Assembly: GCA_028534125.1 (NCBI GenBank)
Contig: CM052816.1
Span: forward strand, 98,024,001-98,088,000
DNA length: 64,000 bases
Reading direction: 5' to 3'
Origin: Lama glama
Lineage: Eukaryota
Part shown: positions 1 through 10,910 of the stretch, in pieces
How positions within the stretch are numbered: the first letter of the stretch is position 1
How the letters are laid out: each line of letters opens with the position of its first letter
Program-made: the position numbers and the translations under genes
The notes under the pieces: model-generated
What the model was told of the DNA's origin: nothing
The model's input: the letters and a program-made list of their open reading frames with translations, nothing else
Database searches by the model: none

Positions 1-969
1 TTGGAACAAAATGGTAGCCAAAAAGTTTTCAAGTGGACATAGGACTCTGTAATAAAGAAAGGGCCTGAACAATACGTAAAGGTACCAAAGTGCATTGAGA
101 GATGATACTGGTAAGTGTTTTAAGTAATAATATTCTTCTATGTAATTTTCGAACTTAGCAGCAGCAAAAAAATTAAGCTAATTTAAAGATGCCACTAACA
201 AATAGGATTCTTAGAGAGCAAAGCTGGAAAGGTGAAAACACAGCTCTTGAATCTGTGTTTGGATGATGACATAATCACGGTTATTATCAGATATCAACAC
301 CCAATGATGCAGAATGACTTGATGATGAGATGAGTCCACCAAGAGGGGTGGTGGTTTTGAGAAGGCGAAGAGGAGGCTATCCTGTAACTTTTGTGAATAT
401 TTGTAAGATTACAGTCAAGTACAAAAAAATTTGAGCCAACTGGACGTCAAGATTGTTCTCAAATACTGATAGTTATGAAAATAGATCCCTTCATGTAATA
501 ATGAATGTCAAACGTAAACCCAATTCTGGGACTTCTGTCATGCTTTTTTCTTCTGTATTTGTTTCAATAAAGTTTTACCTTTTTTAAAAGAAGGAACATC
601 TCTTGATCACCTCCTCTATGCAAGGCACCTGCCTGCATCACTTCCTTTGAGCATCACGATTCACCTATGAAGTGGAATTATGCTCCTCTTCTTCAGGTGA
701 GGCACCTGTGGCTCAGGGAGGTGGCTACCTGCCCAGCAGGGAAGCAGGCTTGGGAGAAGGGGTGGTCCTGGAGCCCTGACCCTGCTAGAGGCCCATGGCT
801 TTATCCCAACCCCACCCCCACCTCCCCAACAAGACCATGGTAAGACTGACATGTACGTTGGGATCCTGAAACTCATTCTCAGAGGTTCTTGCCATGAACT
901 GCATGATAAGCTTTAAGTTCTTTCCCAAGATAGCTGTCAACACTTAGAGCCATGCACTCACTACCTCGG

Positions 970-1440
970 AGTTCTTTGGGCCATGCATCCTCAAAGGAAC
1001 ATCAGCTTGGATGGAAAAAAAGTCTCTATTTTCATTAAGTCCTAATTGTAGTTCTGCACTTCATTTAATAATGATTAGAAGTAACAAACCAGAGCAGATT
1101 TAGCATTGTCTTGATTTTGTCACCAACAGAAATCCCATCTAGTTAAAAGTCATATTACAGATGTTGTAGATACTTGAAATGTCATCAGTGCACCTTGCTG
1201 TGTCCAGCTAGGACGGTAGGTGGACTTGCCTCTGGATCTTGATACTAAATGTGTTAATAAAGATGCACTTCTTAATTTCGTATTGTTGTTCATGACTTTT
1301 TAAAAAATGTGGTAACTATTTTTAAGTATGATTGTTTTCCTTTGAAAGCTGGTGAATTTTATTTTGTGCATTTAAAAACACTATTCTCAGGAGGGATCTA
1401 TAGATATCCCCACATTCTGAGGGTACATGTGGTCCTCCAG
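970..1440. mobile_element. Old hAT-Charlie-type DNA transposon fossil (subfamily uncertain)
   Basis: Resembles recalled Charlie/MER motifs, e.g. ttttattttgtgcatttaaaaacactattctcaggagggatctatag. Confidence 0.5.
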
Positions 1441-3174
1441 GTGGCCTTGTGGGGTCAGAGGTGGCAGGAAAGGGCTCCTGGGGTCTCTGTTTCCTCTCTA
1501 TCTGCAAGAATAACTACAAAGCATCCATCTCTCTTGTCTATGAAAAGACAGATGCCAGGATCCCCTTTTAAATAAAATTACTAAAAAAATCACCATAATC
1601 CAATCCAACAGAGTTCAAAATCATTTTGTTAGTTTTATTTATGAATTAAAATAATTTCCTTTAAGCTTTATGTAATTTTCCTGGTTGACCCTACAGTTAG
1701 AGAAACTGTCTTTTATGAGCTAAGATGATATTTCATAGTATACATTATAAAAGTGATCAAAGGACAGACACGCACATGTACAAGGCGGGGGCGGAATCAC
1801 AGTGGCCACTCTGGGACGTCATCCGTGTTAGTTTCAGGTATTTTTCACTGGATGAAGGACCTTTCCCCACAGATCTGTGGGGCTCTGCCTTCCCCCAGGC
1901 CACAGGAGGGGTTCCGACCTCAGGGGAATGTTTTCCCACGCACGGGAGCTGGGGAGGAAACTCCCCTGAGAAATAGTCCTCAAAGTGAGAGTCAAGAAAT
2001 CACGATTGTTTTGGAATTCTGATAACTTTTACAAAGTGATATTTTAAAGGCCTATGTCAACTTGTTACAATTAACCTACACTTGTAACAAATTCAGTTCC
2101 AAGTTATAGTATTTCTACTGGCTGGGAAGCAGAGTGGCGTAGCCAGCACATGCCTTTTATCGTGGAAGCCTTCAACACAGGTTAATTCTCCCAGCCATTA
2201 ACACTTATTTCGTACAATTACATCTAATTCCTGACTGGTGTCTCCTGGGGAGCAGAACGGACCTCCAGCCTGACACTCAAAATTGCCCCAATTCACATGC
2301 GTCGGTAAGGCAAAAGTAATTGTTTCAGTAACTATGTGGACAAAACGTCCGGCTTTATAAAACAGGAGTAGCTGCTTCTTATTGTAACCACTACATAATA
2401 GTTCTGCAATTCCATGTTCTAACTTTTGGAAGCATCTGATTTTCCAGATCAAAAAGTGGAAAGTACTCCCTTAACGATATTTTTTGGGAGCTTTTTCCTT
2501 CTGTTCCCAAGTGAGCTACATAAATTTTAACTTTACATGTAATCTGATCCATTATAAGACAAGATTTTCTTATCTCTCTCATGAAAGAATTCTTAATTAA
2601 AAAAAATCTTGGGAGCGCTTGCCAAATATTGTGATGGAGAATTATTATTTATTTTACAGAAATTATTTTTAAAGTGGCAATTTCTTCAATCTGAGTGGCT
2701 TCACCAATGTAACAATTACATTCAAAAAGCATTTCTTTCTTGAGTTATTTTCAGTATCTTTAAAATGCCTTTCCCTTTTGTGTACAGAAGAAATGAAGCA
2801 GCAATAATTACCTTTCTCCTACAGTTTGAAAGAAGTAAAACATTCTTCCATTTCACATAATAGACACAACCAGCTTGTGGTGAATTTGGACCAATATAGC
2901 TGTTCAACTTTGTGGCTAATTCAGTACCACGCATTAGATTTGATGGATACATTATCCCTCCCCTTGTGAATTGGTTCTGAGTGCTGTAGCAAAACCAAGC
3001 ACAATATCTTTGCAAAGGTATCCCTAAGGAGCACAGGGACCCATGGGGGACAACCAAGCTGCACATGCTACTTGTTTGGGGCGGCTGCCACCTGCCAGCA
3101 CGACAACCCTCGACACAGACTGCCTGGTGACAGCTCAGCGCTACTCTTTAAGAGCCATCCGCCACAGGCGCAGA

Positions 3175-3310
3175 TTTAACTTCAGTGAGCCTCGGTTTCC
3201 TCCTCTGTAAAATGGGGATATAACAGCACCCACTTCATCAGCTATTGCAAGGATTCAATCAAATGACCCACTAAAGCAGTCTGCACAGCAGCAGGCCCTC
3301 TGTAAGCATC
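3175..3310 (+). mobile_element. MIR SINE
   Basis: MIR core gagcctcggtttcctcctctgtaaaatggggata. Confidence 0.85.
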
Positions 3311-4319
3311 TGATACATTTTTACAATCTTATCATACTTTGAATGGGGGCAAGAGAAGGGGAGGAGGGTATTCGTTCAGTTGAGCAAATTATGGAACGGA
3401 CACATTTACTTGGCACATACGATGTGTTGGGTATTGGGCAAGGGGAAGGGGAAATGGGGCTGTAAATATGTCAATGCAGTCTAGCAGGATTAGCCCAGAC
3501 ATGAACATCTTCCAGAAAACCCCGAGGCGTTTAGAGGAGGAAGCCACCGATATTACTGGAGGAGTGACTGAGAGAGCTTCTGCAGGAGTTAGGACATCTT
3601 GGCAGGGTTTTGGAGGATGGCGAGGGCTCAACTAATAAATCGTGGGGGGAGCTTTCCAGGTGGGGGCAGACCTGTGAGCTAAGCACATGAGCTGGTGTGC
3701 CATGGGCGGGAGGGGCTAGTGGAAGAAGGACCTTCCCAGGGGCCCTGGGGGCTGGAAGAGTGACACTGTGGGTGGGCAGCACTTGGGGGCTTGGCTGTAT
3801 TCTGTAACGGTCATAACCAAGGGTGCGAGAAAGCCGAGTGTGCATTTTAGAGGAACAAGGAAGGTGGCAGCAGGGAGGATGGAAGGGACAGAGAGGCAGG
3901 ATGGGGCACTGCAGGAGTCCCAAGCACAGTGTGACAAGCATCTAAGGGGGCAAAGCCCTGGGTGGAGAGAAAAAACCAGGCTTGGAGACACGAGGGAGGA
4001 GTAACGGTTGTTGGTCCTGCTCCCTGACCACGCCTAGACCTGCTGGGTGGGTAAGAGGCAGTTCAGGTCCCTGGCTCCTGTCTCCCCAGTCCTGCCCCAC
4101 CCTCTTTGCCCATCTTTTGCTTCCTGGCTGGTTCCAATTTTGCTTTCTCCCCTGAGGAAGTCCTTGGTCCTCCTGCTCGGCAGACTTCTTCCTGCTCTCA
4201 CCAGAGAGGACCAGGAGGACCCGGGGTGACACACAGATGGGGAAGGGTCGCCATAGGAATGCCAAAGGCTGCCTGTCTTCAGCGCCCACATCGTGGTAGA
4301 CCCTCAGCCAACAGGTGCT

Positions 4320-4359
4320 GAAGGAAGGAAGGAAGGAAGGAAAGAAGGAAGGAAGGAAG
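4320..4359 (+). repeat. (GAAG)n microsatellite
   Basis: About 10 near-perfect GAAG units. Confidence 0.95.
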
Positions 4360-5228
4360 TGGGTGACACTGAGGAATTAACAAACAATGAAACCTTGTCT
4401 TAGTTTGCTGACTCCTTGGGTAGGAAAGCGTAGACGTTACTGGAAATATTTCTGCCTGACTATGACTTTTTTATCTATTTGGGGAAATGCCTGATTTTTC
4501 CATCTATTAGCACTGAAACAAGGTCCAGAAAAACAGGTGGACCCTCAGCGTTACAGTCATGTACCTGCGATGATTGTTCCCTCTGGGAATGGCACACAGA
4601 AGTTCTGAAGACCCTGCTGACCCCAGGATCCCACCTCTCCCAGGTCCCCAGAACACCCGCAGGCCGCTGCCATGAGTCTGGTCCTCACATACCAGTGATC
4701 GGGCACTTACCCAAATGTTCAGCAAGCGATCGCTGCAAAGCTGCCTGGCACATCAAAGATAAACATGAGTGGGTTTCGAATTCCCCCCCAGAGAGCCAGT
4801 TCTCCGTGGCCAGCACTTCCGTGAATCTTACTCCCCACTGCGCACCCCGTGAGGGCCTGGCACTGAGCAGCCATCCGGCCCCTGCGCCGTGGGAACATGC
4901 CGGGTCGCCCTGAGCCCTCACAGCTGTGTCTAATCTGGAGTTGGGGTGGGGGTGAACCCTCATGGACACACCTCCATTTTCAGGGTTTAAGCTCCCTCTC
5001 GGTCCAGGGAGGAAGAACGTGCTTGTATGGTGGCCTCCTTTACAAAAGTAGGGCTTTCGGGGGGCCAGTCAGGGCTGACACAGGACAGTGAGTCCCATCA
5101 AGGTGGGAAGGAGGAGGGTAAGGGGTTCATTACACCCACCACCACCGGAAAGTCCCTGCTGTGGTTGCTGGTGGGAGGCTGCACCATGGATGGTTGACAT
5201 GGAACAGATGAGCAAGTCTGGTCCAAGG

Positions 5229-5401
5229 CAGCTCTTTCAGCCTGGTTGTCAGTTAGAATCACACAGGAGATTTTCCAACAATCCCCTACCAGGGCCTGAT
5301 CTTAGCCTCAAGATGTCTGAATCTCCAAGGGTAGGGCCCAGCACTGGAATAATTTAAAGCGTCCTTAAAGCATCTCATGAACTGGAGGCTGAGAACCACG
5401 G
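5229..5401. mobile_element. MER5-like hAT-Charlie element
   Basis: ttagaatcac...ctgaatctccaagggtagggcccagcactgg...ggctgagaaccac matches the MER5 layout. Confidence 0.75.
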
Positions 5402-6381
5402 GCCTGGATGGAAAGGAGGTACCCCTTCCCCTTCCTCCTTCCCATCTCCCCACTACGTAATCAACACAACAAAAAATCTGGGATTCAGGAGATTTGAAAC
5501 ATGGCTCAAAGAACCCACACTCCTTTAAAACAAACAAACAAACATGAAAGCCATTTCGGCTGGTCCCTTAGCTGTCCGCAAAGAGGTGCCACCGAGGGTG
5601 CCTTCTAAACCTGGACTCACACGTGCCTGCTCCTGGGGAGGAGGAAGGCGCAGCTCTGGGTTGTAGGTGTCAGGCTTTGAAACAAACTTCAGCTTTCTGT
5701 CCATGTCGGCCCATTCCACTGACAAACAAACCAACACCCTGAAACTGCGTGGACCCTTACCAAGGAAAACAAGCCTCTCACATCCCTTAGTACAAATCGG
5801 CAAAGTAAACAAGTGCACTTACATCCTCTTCGCAGCAGCTTAGATTCTCAGAAGTCGACAGCTCAGGGTAAAGTAAGTCACTCCTATTATTAACTGTACC
5901 ACCAGCCGCAGGACGAGCCTGCTCCCAGGGAGCGAGAGCGAGGGCGCGCGCCAAGTCGGCGTGGGGCTATTTTTAGGCTGCAGAGTCCTGTCTGCGTCCT
6001 TCTGCCCGCCTACTTGATATCTGAGTGAGCTATCTTTTTTTTTTCCGAACAATGAGACCTCAAGCTGCAGCGTCATCCCGGCTGGGCAATCACCTCCATC
6101 ACCTACACACGGGCACAGGACAAAACAACATGGTGACTCACGACACCCCCCACCGAAATCCACTCTACTTGGTGAATCACATGGCATTCCCGCCCCCTGC
6201 TGTCAGTTTCCCTGCTAGGATCTCCCAGCCGCCCTCTAAACGGGCCACCGTCTCCTTTCGTGTCCCCCTTAGCGTGGTGCTGTGTTCACCCAGACCGGCA
6301 TCACTTACGTTACTCGGCAGACCAGCAACAGCCTCTAGAGAAATGAGAGGTTGAACTGACCAAGAAATTCCTTTTTGGGCT

Positions 6382-6772
6382 TGTTATGGGCTGCACTGTG
6401 ATCCCACAAAATTCCTATCCTGGAGTCCTACTGCCAGCATCTCAGAAGGTGACTATCTAGAGACAGGGTCTTTACAGAGGGAACCAAGTTAAACTGAGGC
6501 CATTAGGGTGGCCCTGACCCCACACGACCGGTGTTCTCACAAGAAGGGGAGATTAGGATGCAGACAGGCGCTGAGGGACGACCATGTGAGGACACAGGGA
6601 GCAGGCAGCCATCTGCACGCCAAGGAGGGAGGCCTGGAGCACATCCTCCCTCCCACCCTCGGAAGGACACAACCCCGCTGGCACCCTGATGTCAGACTTC
6701 TGGCCTCCAGAACTGTGAGAAGTAGAAGTACCAGTTGGGGGCACTTTGTGACAGCAGTCTGAGCAAACACAC
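6382..6772 (+). mobile_element. MLT1A/B (MaLR) solo LTR
   Basis: tgttatgggctg start, cagggtctttacagagg...gaggccattagggtgg, gacttctggcctccagaactgtgaga, ending gcaaacaca. Confidence 0.9.
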
Positions 6773-9700
6773 AGGGCTTTCAAAGACGCTGTGTGAATTA
6801 CAAGAGTTTAGAAGCCAATAAACTTGAGGAACCCTCAGGGTTGTTTGTCTTCATTATTTTTTCTGAGAAGACCTGGAGGTTATGTAGTCGTAAGTAAAAG
6901 CTATTTCCAAGTCTAGCACTTTGGTAGAGGTTCGGAAGGTGGCTCTGTGTGTGTGTTTGCAAGATTCTCAGTGACACGCCTGGTGCAAAGCCCTTTCAAA
7001 GCCCTGGAGTCAGCCTCAGAGATGCGCATTCTCATCAGACAAAGCTGATCTATAGAGCCTCCGACTTTTTCAACACACACTGACAAGTGCAGACACGTCA
7101 GTTTCCTAGATTCAAAAATTCCAGAAACCAGCACTGTCACGAAACACAGCTGTTCCCAAATGGCTTACCAGGCTTTAATTCAAACACTAAGAACAGCAGG
7201 TGTTTTAGTTCTGTCGTTCACACTCTTCTGCTGGCTGCTGACCACGTACCTGTTCTCTGTGGACCCAGACGACTAGCACACAGGTCACAGTGAACAGACC
7301 ACCGTGACGGCCGGGGGCTCAGATGGCCTGGGTTTGACTTTGGCGTCGCTGACGACTTTCACTAATGCGGACTGGTCGTCAGAGCTGGTCTCAGAACATG
7401 AAGTTGCGTTCTCACCTGCGTGCGCGGAGCTGCAGTCTCCTCCCCTGTGCAGTGACCGCCAAACAGAACCAGGTGGGGTTGGGTGCCCTAAGTGCTCTTA
7501 GCCCAGAGCCCCGCGCGGAGCAATCAGGAAGTGTTAGCTGCTGCCATGACTGCAACGTCGTCCTCCTGCCAGGTTGAGTCGCCTGGCTGGCACTGAGGGG
7601 ACAGAGGAGGAGTGAGGCACTGTCTTTCCAGTGACATCTGGTTCCTTGCCCCTGGCCATGTCCAACTAATTACAAAGGGGACACTCAGGAGGCGAACTGA
7701 TGCAAAAACAGAACCCTGAGTTAGTGCACCCTCAAGCTACTTTTGCGGAGCCTTCTGCTCACACAACAGTCCGTAAAGGGTCCCTATCCAGCCATCAGGG
7801 ACCCCAGGCGTGAACTGGGTAAGGATGCCTTGGCAGGACCCTCTGAGGTAGGTATTTTTCACTCAACTGCAGGAAACAAAAATTACTGAAAATGTCTCTT
7901 TTTAGTCAAAAGAGGATTTGGTAATAAACAAACAGGCAAGCTATGTAGGTTGCTGTCTCTACACACAATGTCTTATACAAGAAATTTACGCTAAGTCAGC
8001 CTAAAACAGCCACAATGCGTAAGGCAGTACACAAGAGATTCTGATGATGTGGGCCAGTCAGGTAAAGGTCTCGTGAAATGACTGAATTTGTCATACTATG
8101 CGAAAACCCAAACCTTTCCTACAGTACACAGAATATCTACTTGTTAAATGCGTCTTGTCTTAGCATTATCAGGGGGACCCTTAAAAGTATTTTATGGTTT
8201 CTCTCAAGGTACAGAAACAAAATCAGCTTGGTATAGCCTCAGTGCAGAAAGTTAGGCTGAGCAGTTATGAAAAACGAAAACAAGGCTTCTCTAACTCTGT
8301 GGCTCGAGAAAAACGAATCCTAAAAAAGAAGAGCCAACAGATGGGGGAATGTAACCAGCATGGGAAGGTTCTTTCCTTTATAATAATGATTGGTTTGGGA
8401 GCAGGCTCGGGTCTCTCCGAATACTTAATCAGGTATTTTGATTGCTTTCCTGAAGTCTGTCGCTTTTAACTGTGGAAATAACTTGGTAACTACGGTACAT
8501 GCAGTGAACCGTCTGTCAGTAGGTAATTCATAAAAGCAGGAAAGTCACCAGAATGCTGAGGGCCCCCAAACAGTGTTAGAATCCTTTCCTGCACAGAATC
8601 CTGCAACACCGGTGACTGCTCATTTCTCCTGCTCTTACTTTGCATTTCGAGCTGTTTACGTGCATTCTAGGCGACTGTCTCTTGGATCTTGAAGTCAGCA
8701 TGGAAAATGCAAAGAAACTGAGTTGGTATTTTGTTAGTCTCTGAGTTCTCGCCTTCCTCTCGGATACCTTACACACTAGAATTTAGAAGAGGTAATATAA
8801 CACAATATGCTAGGTCAACAGAGATTTTGAAATCAATAAACAGAATTGTTGATAATTACTTTCAACAACTGAAGTCTCTGACTTGGAAACTGTACATAAG
8901 GCTCTCAGTTTTGATGACAAAAAAAGATAAATGTATACATGACGATCTGCCCATTTTAATAGACATGTGTGGGCACCAACAGAACTATCATTCACAGCAT
9001 TAATGTAAACGTAGAAACTATTTAACTTACTGAGACATACCGCTTCTTAAGATAAAACCCTGTTTCTCATTTGAAATCTTTATTTTCCTGCATCTTTCAA
9101 AATGCAGGCTGTGGTCCAGGTGACCTTTAGGATCTCTTCCAAGTCTAAACGCTGTGATTCTGTGATTATGAGGCAAAATTACACTCCTCTTCCCCTGACC
9201 TCCAAAGTCATCACTGTGAAGAATGAAAGAAGTCAGAGGCTGTTCCAGAGAGTTCTAATTAGCAATGATTTCAGAAACTAGTAACAAAGACATTTGTGCG
9301 AAATGTCCTTCCACATCATTTGTATAAATCCTGCTGATAACATACCGAGACCCCCGTTCCACCCTGGTAGCTTGTGTGGAATCAGTCACCTTAGATCAGA
9401 GCCAGCACTGACCCACAGGATTCAGAATGAACTTCTGACGTTAAAGCATTAAGCCTCGCTCAGTTACAGACGCCACCCTAGAGCTGCCACGTCCATCCTA
9501 TTGCAAACTCAAGAAGAAAGCAGAAGCTAAACCCCAGAGAAGATGGACTAGCAGGATAGTTACTTGGGAACAACAGACCCCAGTCAAGAATTAAGTGCCT
9601 TTCTCCACTGGAGTTACAGTGCTATTTGCCTGGAATCCCAGGGGCCCCACCGCTAGTGACACTGTCAGAACACAAATCATTCGGTCAGTGCGAAAGACCC

Positions 9701-10514
9701 TGCAGTGAAACAACAGAGGCGGGTGGCGGGGGCCTGATGGCTTCTGAAACGCTGGCTGTAGGAAGATCAAATCGAGGTCATTCAGGGTCTTCTAAACAAA
9801 ACAGAGATCTTCATAAATCTAAAAGGCACCCATATAAAAACATGACTTTATTAAATAATGTGTAATAGCGATTTGGTCAAACATCAAACAATTTGAACAT
9901 GAGCATGAGGGTATAATGTGGGAAGGTAAAAGCACCAGGCATCTGCCTGCAGCCAGAGGGGAACATAGCTCAGAAGATCATTTATTCTCTGCCCTCAAGT
10001 TCTCTGGGGTTTCTTTCCAGCAAAGCTGCCATCTGGTGCCATGGACAGAAGACTCAGGCATCAGGCTTGCTCCTGGTTTCAGCGTTTAGTTAAAAATCTT
10101 TAGCCCTGATAACAGCATTAACCCCTGGGGGCATGAGGAAACCAAAAGAAGAAACGGGTCTGAGAGAGACCAAGACCTTGAACAACTACCAGGAGGTGGT
10201 TAGAGAGAGGCAGGTACCAGGCATTTCCTTGATGGAGTCTGGCGTTGTCACTTAAGGAACCACTCAACCCACACCTCGGCCTTGCCAGTGAAATTTCTCA
10301 AGAGCAGTATTTTCACCTTCGCAGTTGATGCTATTCAGGACCCAGCAGACCGGGGAGCAGACTCACCAGCAGGTGGCTGGTCCTCTGCTGAGCCCCTCAC
10401 CTGCAGAGCACCCCTGAGAAGCTGGGGAGGAAACGTGTGTGGTGGGGGAGGGGTGATAAACTAGGCTGGACATTGAGATTCTGAGGTACACAGAAAGTTC
10501 CACCCTCACGGAGA

Positions 10515-10910
10515 TTATGAGGACAGGAGATGCGGAGAAGCCGACAAGGGGAAGAAGGGGGAAATGGAGAGGCGGGGAGAGGAGAGTGGGGGAGACTGGC
10601 TGGGGGGGTCGGAGAAGGAGGACAGGGAGAGAGGTAGGGGAGGAGGGGAGATGGTGGAGGGGGAAGGGGGAAAGGGAGGAGCAGATGGGGACAGTGGGTT
10701 AGGAGACGAGGGCAGAAGGAAGAGGGTAGAGCGGAGGAACGACAGGGGAGAAGGAATAGAGGAGAAAAGGAGAGGGGGTGTCGGGGAGGGAGAGAGCGAA
10801 AGAGAAACGAGTGGAGGGAGTAAACTGGAGACCCGCAGAGAGAGGGGTGAGGAACCCGGAGAGACGAGACGGAAAAGTAAGGAAGGACGAAAACGCTTAC
10901 GGAAAAGAAG
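10515..10910 (+). repeat. Polypurine (G/A) low-complexity tract
   Basis: About 400 bp almost entirely G/A on the plus strand. Confidence 0.9.
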
